From an uncultured bacterium (lineage in GTDB: Bacteria > Auribacterota > Erginobacteria > Erginobacterales > Erginobacteraceae), in the NCBI GenBank assembly GCA_963822585.1, contig CAWGIE010000026.1:64001-128000 (forward strand): a DNA stretch of 64,000 nucleotides. The letters run 5' to 3'. Below are positions 49,358 through 60,241 of this stretch, in pieces. Under the pieces are notes generated by a model. That model was not told where the DNA came from. It was given only the letters and a program-made list of their open reading frames with translations, and searched no databases. Within the stretch, counting starts at the first letter, position 1, and every line of letters begins with the position of its first letter. Both the position numbers and the translations under genes were made by a program.

Positions 49358-49462
49358 GGGGTAAAACCCAGTCGCAACCCCCGGGTTGCCGATGGTCCGG
49401 TTAGAGGGAAGATCGGCCTTTTCACTTTTGCTTTGGACTTCGTTCTGTTACAGTACCGACAA

Positions 49463-50644
49463 ATGGGAGAACCCGAAATGACAGATAAAAAGCTGCGGGA
49501 AGAGCTGAATCTTCTCCGGCACCGGCTGGAAGTGTTCAAGAAGAGGAACGCCCGGCGCCGGGGACTGCTCAAGAAGGTGCGGGATAACTACCGCCAGTGC
49601 GAGGCCATCGTCAATAACGTCAAGGACGGCATCTTCGTGGAAACCGTCCAGGGACGGATAGTGGACGTCAATGACGCGGTTTGCCGGATGCTGGGATACG
49701 GCAAAGAAGAGCTGCTCTCGATGAGTGTCGGCGACCTGGTCCCCCCCGAGGTGGCCTCCCGGTTGCCGGAGATTATCCAGGCCGAGACCGTTCGGGAAGG
49801 CGTATACATCGAGACGGTGAATATCCGGAAAGACGGGACCCCTCTCCCGGTTGAAGTGAGCAATACCCTGATCGAGATCGGGGGCGAGAAGCGGGTGATC
49901 GCCATCATTCACGACATATCCGAACGAGTGAGCGCCCGCAAGAAATTACTGGCGGCCTATGAAGACCTCGAGCGCCGGGTGGAGGAACGGACCGAAGAAC
50001 TGGCCCGGATCAATCGGGAGCTGGAGGATGAGATCGCGGAGAGGAAGAAGGCCGAGGAGAAGCTGCGCGAGGAACACCGGCTCTTTATCGGGGGTCCGAC
50101 CGTGGTGCTCAAATGGAAGGCCGCTCCGGGCTGGCCCGTGGAGTACGTCTCTCCGAATATCCAAACCCAGTTCGGCTACAAGCCGGAAGTACTCACCGGG
50201 GGAGATCTGCTCTACGCGTCCATCGTTCATCCGGACGATCTCTCCCGGGTCGCGGAGGAAGTAAAATCCTACAGCCAGTCGGGCCAGCCCTGCTTCGAAC
50301 AGTGTTACCGGATTCTCGACGCCGGCGGACGATACCGCTGGATAAGCGATTTCACGGTAGTGACCAGAGACGGTGCCGGAGAGATCACCCACTATCACGG
50401 CTATGTCGTCGATATTACCGATCGGGTGAGGAACGAGCAGGAACTGCGCAAACACCGCGAGCACCTGGAGGAACTGGTCGCGAAGCGCACCAGCGAGCTG
50501 GAAAGCATGGTCGACGCGATGGCCCGCCGGGTCGTCCGGATGTCCGATCTGGAAATTATCGTGGAACGCATGAAGAAACAGCTACGTGACGCCGGTTTGC
50601 TCCCTTTCGGGGAAACCGAAGAAGAAGACCGCCCCGGGGAGTGA
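49463..50644 (+). CDS. PAS-domain sensor protein (2 PAS plus coiled coils, no output domain)
   Basis: VNDAVCRMLGY, RKDG..PVEVS, VHPDD, DITDR. Confidence 0.8.
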   Translation: MGEPEMTDKKLREELNLLRHRLEVFKKRNARRRGLLKKVRDNYRQCEAIVNNVKDGIFVETVQGRIVDVNDAVCRMLGYGKEELLSMSVGDLVPPEVASRLPEIIQAETVREGVYIETVNIRKDGTPLPVEVSNTLIEIGGEKRVIAIIHDISERVSARKKLLAAYEDLERRVEERTEELARINRELEDEIAERKKAEEKLREEHRLFIGGPTVVLKWKAAPGWPVEYVSPNIQTQFGYKPEVLTGGDLLYASIVHPDDLSRVAEEVKSYSQSGQPCFEQCYRILDAGGRYRWISDFTVVTRDGAGEITHYHGYVVDITDRVRNEQELRKHREHLEELVAKRTSELESMVDAMARRVVRMSDLEIIVERMKKQLRDAGLLPFGETEEEDRPGE

Positions 50645-52413
50645 TGAAAAGGAGTTTTTTCTTCCGGGTCGTCCCGGGTATTATATTATTCGCCTGTAGC
50701 CCCGCCTCTCTCTGCCCGGGTGTCGTTGATATCCCACCGATCGTGCGGGGATATCCCGGCTGGGTTCCCTATCTGGCCGGAACGGGCGCCGTGGTTTTTC
50801 TCCTGATTCTTCTGACCTGGTTCGGGAACGCCCGTCTGCGGCGGCTGCTCATCCGCCGGACGGCCGAGTTGAAGAAGATCGAAGAACGGCTGGCTTATCT
50901 GTCTCTGGCCGTGGAATCACTGGGAGAAATGATCATCGTCACCGACCTGGATCACGTCATCACCTACGCCAACGCCGCCGTTCAACAAGCCCTCGGTTAC
51001 TCCGCGGAAGAGATGATCGGGCGCCCGGCCGCGGACTTTTTCGAGGGGATATCGGGGAACCCGCCCAGCCTCAGGGAACATATCCGCGGCGCGGGGGAAA
51101 CTCCCGTCTGGCGGGGGGAGATATATAACCGCCGGAAGGACGGGGACCTGATCCGGGTTTACCTGACACTGGCCTGGCTGCGGGACCCGGCCGGGAAGGT
51201 CATCGGCACGGTCGGAGTCTCGATGGATGTAACCGAGTATCGGGCACTCGAGGAACAGCTCCGCCATTCCCAGAAGCTGGAGGCCGTCGGGACTTTGGCC
51301 GGAGGGATCGCCCATGACTTTAATAATCTCCTGGCCGGCGCCCTCGGCTATCTTTGCCTGATCAAGAAAGAGATTCCGCGCCAGGGAGAACTATTCACCG
51401 AGATCGAGGCCGTGGAGAGGTTGCTCTGGCGGGGTTCCGATCTGACCGGAGCACTCCTGGCCTTTTCTCGAAAAGGGGTCTGCCGCCCGGAACCGCTCGA
51501 CATCAACCTGGCCGTGAAAGAGGTGTTGACGATGATCGGGAGAACGGGGGGGAAGAACATCGATCTGGTGACGGCTTTTGCGCCGGACGCCCGATCCGTC
51601 CTGGGAGACCGGGGCCAGGTGAACCAGGTGGTCATGAACCTCTGCCTGAACGGTTGCGAGGCCATGCCCGATGGGGGCACCCTGGCCGTTGCCACCCGCA
51701 ATATCGGGCCCGGGGACCGGATTTTCCGGCTACGGCCGGATCTGCGAAAAAGAGACTATGTATTGATCTCGTTCAGCGATACCGGGGGCGGGATTAAAGG
51801 GGAGTTGCGGGAGCGGATCTTCGAGCCGTTCTTCAGTACGAAGGAAGATAAAACGGGGGTCGGCCTCGGTCTCTCGGTGGCCAATGGCATCGTGGAGCGG
51901 CACGGCGGATGCATCGAGGTTGAAAGCGAAGAGGGGAGGGGATCCGTTTTCCGGGTTTATCTCCCGGCCACCGACCGGGAGGAAATACTGTCGCCGCCGC
52001 CGACCGGATCCCTGCCGGGCGGCGCGGAGACGATCCTGGCCGTTGATGATAACCCCGACTTCAGGACAGTGATCACTGATACGCTGGGGAATCTCGGCTA
52101 CACGGTGATCCCGGCGGTGAACGGCCGGGAGGCCTTGCGGATACTGAAAAAGAAGGGAGACGCGGTCGACCTGGTTCTTCTCGACATGATCATGAAGGGA
52201 CTGAGCGGTCCCGAGACCTTCCGCCGGATGAGGGAAATGAAGCCCGAACTGCCGGTCCTCATCTGTACCGGATCCGCTCTCGACGGCATTATCGGACGCT
52301 TGGGCGGGGAGAGGAGGTGCGGTTTTATCCAGAAGCCCTTCCCCCACCGGCGCCTCGCAGAAAAGATCAGGGACCTGCTCGACGGCTCGCTGGCGGAGAT
52401 TCGCACGGCATGA
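50641..52413 (+). CDS. PAS hybrid histidine kinase (CckA-like)
   Basis: [26 protein letters not shown]-terminal REC. Confidence 0.9.
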   Translation: MMKRSFFFRVVPGIILFACSPASLCPGVVDIPPIVRGYPGWVPYLAGTGAVVFLLILLTWFGNARLRRLLIRRTAELKKIEERLAYLSLAVESLGEMIIVTDLDHVITYANAAVQQALGYSAEEMIGRPAADFFEGISGNPPSLREHIRGAGETPVWRGEIYNRRKDGDLIRVYLTLAWLRDPAGKVIGTVGVSMDVTEYRALEEQLRHSQKLEAVGTLAGGIAHDFNNLLAGALGYLCLIKKEIPRQGELFTEIEAVERLLWRGSDLTGALLAFSRKGVCRPEPLDINLAVKEVLTMIGRTGGKNIDLVTAFAPDARSVLGDRGQVNQVVMNLCLNGCEAMPDGGTLAVATRNIGPGDRIFRLRPDLRKRDYVLISFSDTGGGIKGELRERIFEPFFSTKEDKTGVGLGLSVANGIVERHGGCIEVESEEGRGSVFRVYLPATDREEILSPPPTGSLPGGAETILAVDDNPDFRTVITDTLGNLGYTVIPAVNGREALRILKKKGDAVDLVLLDMIMKGLSGPETFRRMREMKPELPVLICTGSALDGIIGRLGGERRCGFIQKPFPHRRLAEKIRDLLDGSLAEIRTA

Positions 52414-55400
52414 AAAAAGAACCGAATACCATCCGTCCGGTCGGCGAGCGGGAAGAAGAATGGTCACCCGCCGGGTCTCTGTCTCCTTTCCGTCTCTCCC
52501 GGCGGCTCTGCAATTTTTACGGAGTGATCCAGGCGCCTTCGGAAACCGGGACGGCCCCGGGCGGGGTCTTTGAATCCGCCCAGATGATGGCCGAGTCCAT
52601 TAACCGTCGCCGGGATGCCTCCGCTCACCCGGAACGCGCCGTGCGGGGAGGAGAGGTGAGCGCCATCTGTCTGATCGATAAGATCTTCCATTACCTTACC
52701 GGGGAATATCGCCGGCGGGAAAACCCCCGGGCACTGGAGGGAGCGGTGGAAGCCGCGAAAAAGCGTGCCGGCCGCGAGTCTCTTGATCGGACTCTGGCCG
52801 GTTTCATTGAGACGCTTCCCGGCCTGGACTATCCTCCCCCCGAGATATCGGCGGAAGAATACATAAAAAACGATTCCGGGACCCCGCCGCCCCGCCAGGA
52901 GGCCCTGAACGAATTACTGCTCACCGATCTTGCCCGGCGTAACCCGGCCTTCCGGTCTCTGGAAGACCTCTTTCGCAACCGTGTCCTGGAAGATCCGTCC
53001 CGCCCCCCGGAGGCCCTGGCTTTCCAGGAAGAATTTTACCGGGGAGAGCCTCACTTCGGACCGGAAAATCTTCCCTTGCCGGAATTCCTCCGGATGCCGG
53101 CCCGGGTTGCCCCCGATTCCCTTCCCGGGCAGCTGGACTACATCAAGGAGAACTGGAGCGGGCTCCTGAGTCCGGACCTTCTCGAGGCGCTGATGGTAAC
53201 CCGGGACGTCATCAAGGAGGAGGAGAAGCTCCGTCAGGCGGGGGGCGGCCCGGCCCTTCCCCCCATCCCGGTTGGAGATGCCGGCGGTGATTGGACCGGT
53301 GAAGGAGCCCTCGCTCATTTCGGCGCCCGGGAGTCATATGAGCGCTTCAGCCCCGATCTGGACTGGATGCCGCGGGTCGTTCTTCTGGCCAAAAATATCT
53401 ATGTCTGGCTGGATCAGCTCTCCCGGCGTTACGGACGGCCGATCATGCGGTTGGATCAGATCCCGGACGAGGAACTGGACCGTCTGGCCCGGTGGGGGTT
53501 TACCAGCCTCTGGCTGATCGGCCTCTGGGAACGCAGCCCGGCTTCCCGGAAGATCAAGCGCAGATGCGGCAATCCCGATGCGGATGCTTCCGCCTATTCT
53601 CTTTATGACTATGTCATCGCCGCTGATGTCGGGGGCCAGGCCGGGATCGACAATTTGAAGGCTCGGGCCTGGAGAAAGGGCATCCGGGTCGCCAGCGACA
53701 TGGTCCCCAATCACATGGGGATCTACTCCCGGTGGGTGATCGAACACCCCGGGTGGTTTATCCAGTCCGGGCGCCCCCCCTTCCCGACATACCGATTCAC
53801 CGGTCCGGATATCTCCGACGATCAGCGGGTAGCCATCTATCTTGAAGACGGTTACTGGAATCGGAGCGACGCGGCGGTGGTCTTCAAGCGGGTCGATCGG
53901 GAAAGCGGGGAGGAACGATACCTCTATCATGGCAACGACGGGACCAGCATGCCCTGGAATGACACCGCTCAGCTTGATTTCCTTCAGGCGGAGGTGCGGG
54001 AGGCGGTTATCCGGACCATCATCCATGTGGCCCGCACCTTCCCGGTCATCCGATTCGATGCCGCCATGGTTCTAACCAAGCAGCACTTCCAGCGGCTCTG
54101 GTATCCGCCTCCCGGCGAGGGGGGAGCGATCCCTTCCCGTGCTGGCCGGGGGATCTCCACCCGTGAATTCGACCGGCTCTTTCCCCGGGAGTTCTGGAGA
54201 GAAGTTGTCAACCGGATGGCGGAGGAGGTCCCGGAAACGCTTCTTCTGGCCGAGGCTTTCTGGATGCTCGAGGGGTATTTCGTGCGCAGCCTGGGGATGC
54301 ATCGGGTTTATAACAGCGCCTTTATGAACATGCTGAAGCTGGAGATGAACGACCAGTACCGGCAGGTCGTCAAGGAAGTCATGGAATTCGATCCCCAGAT
54401 TCTCAAACGCTTCGTCAACTTCATGAACAACCCCGATGAGGCTACCGCGGTCGCCCAGTTCGGAAAAGGGGACAAGTACTTCGGCGTCTGCACGATGATG
54501 GTGACGATGCCGGGGTTGCCGCTCTTCGGTCACGGTCAGATCGAAGGTTTGACCGAGAAGTATGGCATGGAGTACCGCAAAGCATGTTGGGACGAGCCGG
54601 TGGACGCCTTCCTGGTCAAACGCCATGAAGAGGAGATATTCCCTCTTCTGAAAAAACGGCACCTTTTCAGCGATGTCGCCAACTTTTACCTCTATGATTT
54701 TTTTCTGGAGAACGGCAGTGTCAACGAGGATGTCTTTGCTTACTCCAATCGTTATGAGAACGAGCGCTCCCTGATCGTGTATAACAACCGCTTCCGGAAC
54801 ACGACCGGTTGGATTCGGCTCTCGGCCGCCCGGGCCGTGACCGGTGCCCGGGGAGGGAAAAAACTGCTCCAGGCCGATATTGCCCGGGGACTCGCTCTCC
54901 GGGCAGCTGATAACGATTACACGATATTCAAAGACCTGCGGACCGGCTTGGAATATATCCGGTCAAGCCGGGAGATCAGGGAGAATGGATTATTCTTCAT
55001 GCTCCGCGCGTATCAGACCCACGTTTTCGCGGACATCCGGGAAGTGCGGGACGACTCCCGGAATTTCCTGGCCCGGCTCTGCGCGTCCCTGGACGGGAGA
55101 GGGGTGGATAATATCAATGAGGCCTTGAAGAGGGTTCATTTCGCCGCTCTCTACCGGGCATTCCGGGGCCTTTTCGATCCCGATGGCCTCCGTGATCTCT
55201 TCGCCCTCACGGGAGAATGCGACTCACTTGACCGGCTCCAGGAGGACGTGGCCGCCCGGGTGACGCTCCCCGAAAAGTCGTTTCTTTCCGAGGCACTTGC
55301 GCAAAGAAGCCAGGAACGGGACGTGACTGAAGAGATCGATCGCCAGCTGCGATACAGCATGGCCATCCTCCTGCTGGCTCCTTCCGGGACTCTTCCCCGG

Positions 55401-56072
55401 TGGACCAGTTCCCGCTACAGCCGCCCCGCGCTGAGAAAGCTCCTCTCCGGGATCCCGGAAACCGTCGATCCCCGGCTCGATTTTTTCCGGGTGGTTCTGA
55501 CCTGGAGTCTCCTCGAAACGATTGATAAAATGCTTGCCGCCGGACGCCGGGTGCACGGGGGTAACCTGTGGATGAGGGAGTGGTTCCTGGGCGAACAGGT
55601 TGTCCTTTTCTTTCAGGATTTGGGATGCGACTGGGCCACCGCGCGGAGGGAATTGAGTCTGATCATTATCCTGCTCCGACACCTTCACCGGATGAAGCAG
55701 GTAAAGACGAAGAATCATCTTTATCTGCTGGAACCGATCTTCAAAGACAGCGAAGTGCGGCGGTTTCTCCTTTTTCACTGGGACAACGACATCCTCTGGT
55801 TTAATAAGGAGCGTCTGGAGGAACTCCTCTACTGGTTCAATGCGGCGGCGACCATCGACAGATCGGTAGAGATCTGGAAAGGTGAAGATGCTCCCCGGGT
55901 TCGGGGCATGGTATATTATCGAGCCGCCGAAACCTTGCTGGATCTTGCCGCCCGGTCGGGATACCGGGTCAAGGAGTTCCGCAAGCTCCTGGCGGACCGT
56001 CCCCGGAAACGGAAATCCAGGAAGAAACCGTCCGCGGCGCCGGATCCGAATGCGGACAAAACCGTGGAATAG
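52410..56072 (+). CDS. Large alpha-amylase-family (GH13) protein
   Basis: SAYSLYDY, DMVPNH, WNDTAQL, IRFDAAM, LAEAFW, NPDE. Confidence 0.85.
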   Translation: MKKEPNTIRPVGEREEEWSPAGSLSPFRLSRRLCNFYGVIQAPSETGTAPGGVFESAQMMAESINRRRDASAHPERAVRGGEVSAICLIDKIFHYLTGEYRRRENPRALEGAVEAAKKRAGRESLDRTLAGFIETLPGLDYPPPEISAEEYIKNDSGTPPPRQEALNELLLTDLARRNPAFRSLEDLFRNRVLEDPSRPPEALAFQEEFYRGEPHFGPENLPLPEFLRMPARVAPDSLPGQLDYIKENWSGLLSPDLLEALMVTRDVIKEEEKLRQAGGGPALPPIPVGDAGGDWTGEGALAHFGARESYERFSPDLDWMPRVVLLAKNIYVWLDQLSRRYGRPIMRLDQIPDEELDRLARWGFTSLWLIGLWERSPASRKIKRRCGNPDADASAYSLYDYVIAADVGGQAGIDNLKARAWRKGIRVASDMVPNHMGIYSRWVIEHPGWFIQSGRPPFPTYRFTGPDISDDQRVAIYLEDGYWNRSDAAVVFKRVDRESGEERYLYHGNDGTSMPWNDTAQLDFLQAEVREAVIRTIIHVARTFPVIRFDAAMVLTKQHFQRLWYPPPGEGGAIPSRAGRGISTREFDRLFPREFWREVVNRMAEEVPETLLLAEAFWMLEGYFVRSLGMHRVYNSAFMNMLKLEMNDQYRQVVKEVMEFDPQILKRFVNFMNNPDEATAVAQFGKGDKYFGVCTMMVTMPGLPLFGHGQIEGLTEKYGMEYRKACWDEPVDAFLVKRHEEEIFPLLKKRHLFSDVANFYLYDFFLENGSVNEDVFAYSNRYENERSLIVYNNRFRNTTGWIRLSAARAVTGARGGKKLLQADIARGLALRAADNDYTIFKDLRTGLEYIRSSREIRENGLFFMLRAYQTHVFADIREVRDDSRNFLARLCASLDGRGVDNINEALKRVHFAALYRAFRGLFDPDGLRDLFALTGECDSLDRLQEDVAARVTLPEKSFLSEALAQRSQERDVTEEIDRQLRYSMAILLLAPSGTLPRWTSSRYSRPALRKLLSGIPETVDPRLDFFRVVLTWSLLETIDKMLAAGRRVHGGNLWMREWFLGEQVVLFFQDLGCDWATARRELSLIIILLRHLHRMKQVKTKNHLYLLEPIFKDSEVRRFLLFHWDNDILWFNKERLEELLYWFNAAATIDRSVEIWKGEDAPRVRGMVYYRAAETLLDLAARSGYRVKEFRKLLADRPRKRKSRKKPSAAPDPNADKTVE

Positions 56073-56323
56073 GTGCAATCTTCGGAATTTTCCCGATAGG
56101 CTCAGGGTGCGCCTCTGGCGCACAATAATCTTATTTTTTCTGCGAAAAAATAAGAACGGTAAGCCTTAAGCCAATAGAAAAATCATATCCCCGGAAGTAG
56201 ATGTCGGCTGATGTTTTAAAGGCTTTTTTGTATGGTTGCCTCGGTGAAATATTCTAACTTAAGCAATAGACCCGACGAAGTCGGGTCCATGATTAAGTAG
56301 CGCCGAAGGCGCTAATTAATATA

Positions 56324-57469
56324 ATGCTGAAAAGACTGCTTATATTTTCTCTGGTTGTCTTCCTTACCCTCCTCTCCACGGCGCATCCGGCGCCGGCGGA
56401 GGACCACCTGGTCATTCACTTTTTCGGCTCCCGGACCTGCGCCGAATGTCTTAAGATCAAGGAGACTCTGCTGCAACCGCTGGCGGAGGAATTCCCGGGG
56501 GTGATTGATCTCCGGCTTCACGAGATCGAAGAGGAGGATGGACTCCGGCTGATGCTGGAAATGGAGAAACGGTACGGCGTCACCGAACCGGCCCCGCAGG
56601 AACTTTTTCTCCCCCGGGACTGCCTGGTCGGCGAGGCGGATATTATGGCGCGGGGGGAGACTTTGATCAGGGAATATCTGGAAGACCCCGGACGCTGGAA
56701 ACCCCTTGAACCGGGATGGGAAGAGGATCGGGGAGATCTGATCAGAAACCGGTTCGACGAATTGACCTTCATCAGCATCCTCGCCGCCGGCCTGGTGGAC
56801 GGCGTGAATCCCTGCGCCATCGCCACCATGATTTTTCTTATCTCGTTTCTGGCGATGCAGCATCGCCCCCGTTCCCAGATCATCACGATCGGCCTGACAT
56901 TCACCGCCGCGGTCTACCTCACCTATCTGCTGATCGGGATGGGAGCATTCCGTTTTATCGTCATGCTCCATGCCTACCGTCTGGTCTCCCAGATCGTCCG
57001 CTGGTCGGCGGTGACGCTGGCCGGCCTGGTCGGCCTGCTCAGTTTCCGGGACGCTTGGCGATACCGGAAAAGCGGGGATACGGGGCAGGTCCTCCTTCAG
57101 TTGCCGAAACCGGTCAAGCTCCGCATCCATAAAATGATCTCCGGTCATCTCTCCGGCAGGCATCTCATTCTGGGCGCGGTGGTCACCGGTTTTCTGGTCA
57201 CGCTCTTCGAGGCTGTCTGCACCGGCCAGGTCTATCTCCCCGCGATCATCGTCATGTCCCGTTCCGCCGGAACCCGGACTGCCGGCTGGCTGTATCTGCT
57301 GTTTTATAACGTTCTTTTCGTATTACCACTTCTGATTGTCATGATTCTGACCGGTTTCGGTCTCACCTGGCATAAGCTGGCACGAACGACACAGAAAAAC
57401 CTTCCCCGATTAAAGATACTGATGGGGATTGTCCTGCTCGCCCTGGCCGCCTTCCTGGCGCTGGCCTGA
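56324..57469 (+). CDS. Thioredoxin-like CxxC domain plus CcdA/DsbD-like membrane domain
   Basis: CAEC; GLVDGVNPCA; EAVCTGQVY; YN.LFVLPL. Confidence 0.8.
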   Translation: MLKRLLIFSLVVFLTLLSTAHPAPAEDHLVIHFFGSRTCAECLKIKETLLQPLAEEFPGVIDLRLHEIEEEDGLRLMLEMEKRYGVTEPAPQELFLPRDCLVGEADIMARGETLIREYLEDPGRWKPLEPGWEEDRGDLIRNRFDELTFISILAAGLVDGVNPCAIATMIFLISFLAMQHRPRSQIITIGLTFTAAVYLTYLLIGMGAFRFIVMLHAYRLVSQIVRWSAVTLAGLVGLLSFRDAWRYRKSGDTGQVLLQLPKPVKLRIHKMISGHLSGRHLILGAVVTGFLVTLFEAVCTGQVYLPAIIVMSRSAGTRTAGWLYLLFYNVLFVLPLLIVMILTGFGLTWHKLARTTQKNLPRLKILMGIVLLALAAFLALA

Positions 57470-57541
57470 GAATACGCGCAAAAATAATCAGTCCGATCCG
57501 ACCGATCGGTCGGATCGGTAACCTGAAAAGGAGAGATTCGC

Positions 57542-58228
57542 ATGACTGAACCGAACTATGACCGGGAACTGGCGGCGATCATCGACCATACTCTTCTCGA
57601 CCCCCAGGCGACCAAGGAGGACTTTGACAAACTGGTCGAAGAGGCAAAACAGTATCACTTTCGCTCCGTCTGTGTTCACTCCAGTAACGTGGAGTACGTG
57701 GCCGGGTTGCTGGCCGGGTCGGATGTGATCCCGATCGCCGTGGTCGGGTTCCCTCACGGGCAGATGACGCCCGTGGCCAAGGCTTTCGAGGCTCATGACG
57801 CCATCGTCAATCGGGGGGCGCAGGAGATCGACATGGTAATCAACATCAGCGCCCTCAAAAGCAAGCATTACAGCATGGTTTTTGATGATATCCAGCAGGT
57901 CGTGCGGGCCTGCGAGGCCAAGCCGGTCAAGGTCATCCTGGAGACCGCCAGCCTGACCACGGTGGAGAAAATCTGCGGCTGCTGCCTCGCCAAGACCGCC
58001 GGCGCCCGTTTCATCAAGACCTCCACCGGAACGGTAGAAGGGGGGGCCACTGTGGAAGATATCCGGTTGATCCGGGAGGTGGTCGGCGATGAGCTGCTGA
58101 TCAAAGCCAGCGGGGGGATCAAAACCAGGGCTTTTGCCCACCAGCTCATGGCCGCCGGCGCCAACCGGATCGGGACCAGCCATTCGATCGAACTGGTGAC
58201 GGGAGAAGCATTCTCCGGCAAGTACTGA
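57542..58228 (+). CDS. deoC: Deoxyribose-phosphate aldolase
   Basis: IDHTLL, VGFPHG, EIDMVIN, KVILET, FIKTSTG, KASGGI, RIGTS. Confidence 0.96.
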   Translation: MTEPNYDRELAAIIDHTLLDPQATKEDFDKLVEEAKQYHFRSVCVHSSNVEYVAGLLAGSDVIPIAVVGFPHGQMTPVAKAFEAHDAIVNRGAQEIDMVINISALKSKHYSMVFDDIQQVVRACEAKPVKVILETASLTTVEKICGCCLAKTAGARFIKTSTGTVEGGATVEDIRLIREVVGDELLIKASGGIKTRAFAHQLMAAGANRIGTSHSIELVTGEAFSGKY

Positions 58229-58430
58229 TCTTTGATTCACCACGAAGGTCACGAGCCGAACGCAGTGAGACGGGTCCCGCTCGCGGGACAAGGAGCGCAG
58301 CGACTGCCCAACGACACGAAGAGAAACTGGTTAGATTAAAGACAGGCTCGCTTCTATTTTCTTCGTGATCGCAGTCTACCCCGAAGGATTCGGGGTGTCC
58401 TTCGTGGTTATTTTTTCCGTAAGCCGCGGT

Positions 58431-60056
58431 ATGCGAACACGATCTACATCCAAAGGACGGGGCTGCTCAGACAGGTGGGCATTTTTCTGGCTGTTCCTGA
58501 TCCTGGTTTTTGCCTTCACGGTCAGGCTGATCGGCCTGCGCTTCGGGTTCCCCTACCTGCTGCATCCCGATGAACCTACGGCGGTAAAAAGAGCTCTTCT
58601 TTTCTTCCAGAACGGGCTCAACCCCCACTGGTTCGGGATGCCCTCGCTCTATCTTTATCTCCTGCACTTTTCTTACCGGGTCTATCATGCCGCGGCCGAA
58701 CTGTTCGGCGCCGGGGTTATGCGGCCCCCCTTCAGCCCGGAGGAATTCCCCTACTATGTGATCGGCCGCTTCTGGTCGGCACTCCTGGGCTCCCTGACCG
58801 TCTGGCTGGTTTTCCTGATCGGGACGCGCCTCTATTCCCGCCGGACCGGTCTCGCTGCGGCCTTCCTGCTCGCGGTTGTGCCTCTTCACCTGCTGCATTC
58901 TCATTACGCGACCGTCGATGTCCCGGTAACCTTCCTGGTCGTTCTCTCCTTCTTCTTCTCCGCTGAGGTACTCACCCGGAAACGGACGGTGTTTTATGTG
59001 CTGGCCGGAATGGCGGCCGGTTTGGCCGCTTCCGCCAAATACAACGGGATCTTCGCTCTTTTCCCTTTCCTGGCGGCCCACCTGCTCCGGGAAAGGGAAG
59101 GGGAGGGAAGCGTTCTGAAACATATCATTACTCCCTCCCTGCTGGCGGGTCTGGCTGCCGCCCTCCTCGCGTTCAGTCTCGCCACGCCCTATTCTCTGAT
59201 CGAGTTCAGACAGTCACTGGCCGATCTCCGGACGCAGTCCCACTACCTCATCTCTACCGGCCATGGACCCATCTTCATCGACACCGGGCCGGGGATCGTT
59301 TATCAGGTTTTTTATGTTTTCTATTACGCCGGCGGGGGCGTATTCTGGATTATGGCAATGGCGGGCGTTCTCTTCGCCCTCTATCGGCACCGGAAAGCGG
59401 ACGCGCTCATCTTCTCCTGGGTGATCCCTTACCTTGTTCTGCTCTCCATCCCGGTGGTAAAATTTTCCCGCTTCTTCATCCCCCTGCTCCCGTTTTTCTC
59501 CCTCTGGTCCGGGCGCCTGCTCGACCTGGAGGGCTGTTCTTCCCGGCCGTTCGCCGGAAGGCTGGTGCGGTATGCTTGGCTAGTGGGCGCTCTCTGGCTG
59601 GGGGTGCAGGCGGTTGCCTTCACCGCCCTGCTGGCCCGGGCCGATGTCCGCCTCGAGGCCAAGGAATGGCTGGAGGAGAATCTCCCGCCGCCGGCCCGTA
59701 TCGGCCTGATCAAAACGGAGACGGGCCTCATCTTTCTGGACGATCCTCCCCTGAAGCGCTCCGGAACCGGCCTGGTGGTCGAGCAGTATGACCGTCTGCT
59801 TCCGGCGCTCCAGCACGCCCCGGATTACATTATCGCCACCGACTTTGATTATCGACAGATCCTCCGGCTGAAGGAACTCTATGACATCAAGCGGTATGAC
59901 CTCTGGAGGGATTTCCTGGCCGGTCGTCGGGATTACACCCTGCTCAAGGAGTTTGACCGGTCGCCCCGTTTTCTCTGGTTCCGGTTCGGTGGGGACTTCC
60001 CGCCTCACGACATGCTCTATAACCGCCCCCGTATCTCCGTCTTTCGGCATAATTAG
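58431..60056 (+). CDS. GT39/ArnT-like membrane glycosyltransferase
   Basis: HPDE, NPHWF..PSL, SHYATVD, AKYNG. Confidence 0.8.
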   Translation: MRTRSTSKGRGCSDRWAFFWLFLILVFAFTVRLIGLRFGFPYLLHPDEPTAVKRALLFFQNGLNPHWFGMPSLYLYLLHFSYRVYHAAAELFGAGVMRPPFSPEEFPYYVIGRFWSALLGSLTVWLVFLIGTRLYSRRTGLAAAFLLAVVPLHLLHSHYATVDVPVTFLVVLSFFFSAEVLTRKRTVFYVLAGMAAGLAASAKYNGIFALFPFLAAHLLREREGEGSVLKHIITPSLLAGLAAALLAFSLATPYSLIEFRQSLADLRTQSHYLISTGHGPIFIDTGPGIVYQVFYVFYYAGGGVFWIMAMAGVLFALYRHRKADALIFSWVIPYLVLLSIPVVKFSRFFIPLLPFFSLWSGRLLDLEGCSSRPFAGRLVRYAWLVGALWLGVQAVAFTALLARADVRLEAKEWLEENLPPPARIGLIKTETGLIFLDDPPLKRSGTGLVVEQYDRLLPALQHAPDYIIATDFDYRQILRLKELYDIKRYDLWRDFLAGRRDYTLLKEFDRSPRFLWFRFGGDFPPHDMLYNRPRISVFRHN

Positions 60057-60241
60057 GAGCCTGTCCGGAGAGCCTGCTTTATTCTTCCAATGGCTCATAT
60101 TCAATGATATAAAAAATGGTTTTTCGGGGGTGATTGTTGATGCATGACCCAAAAAACGAGACGCGAATCAGCAATGGTTGTTTCAAAACAAAAGGAAATA
60201 GTGGGTAACGTTACCTGCTCAATGTCCGGATCCCTGAAGAT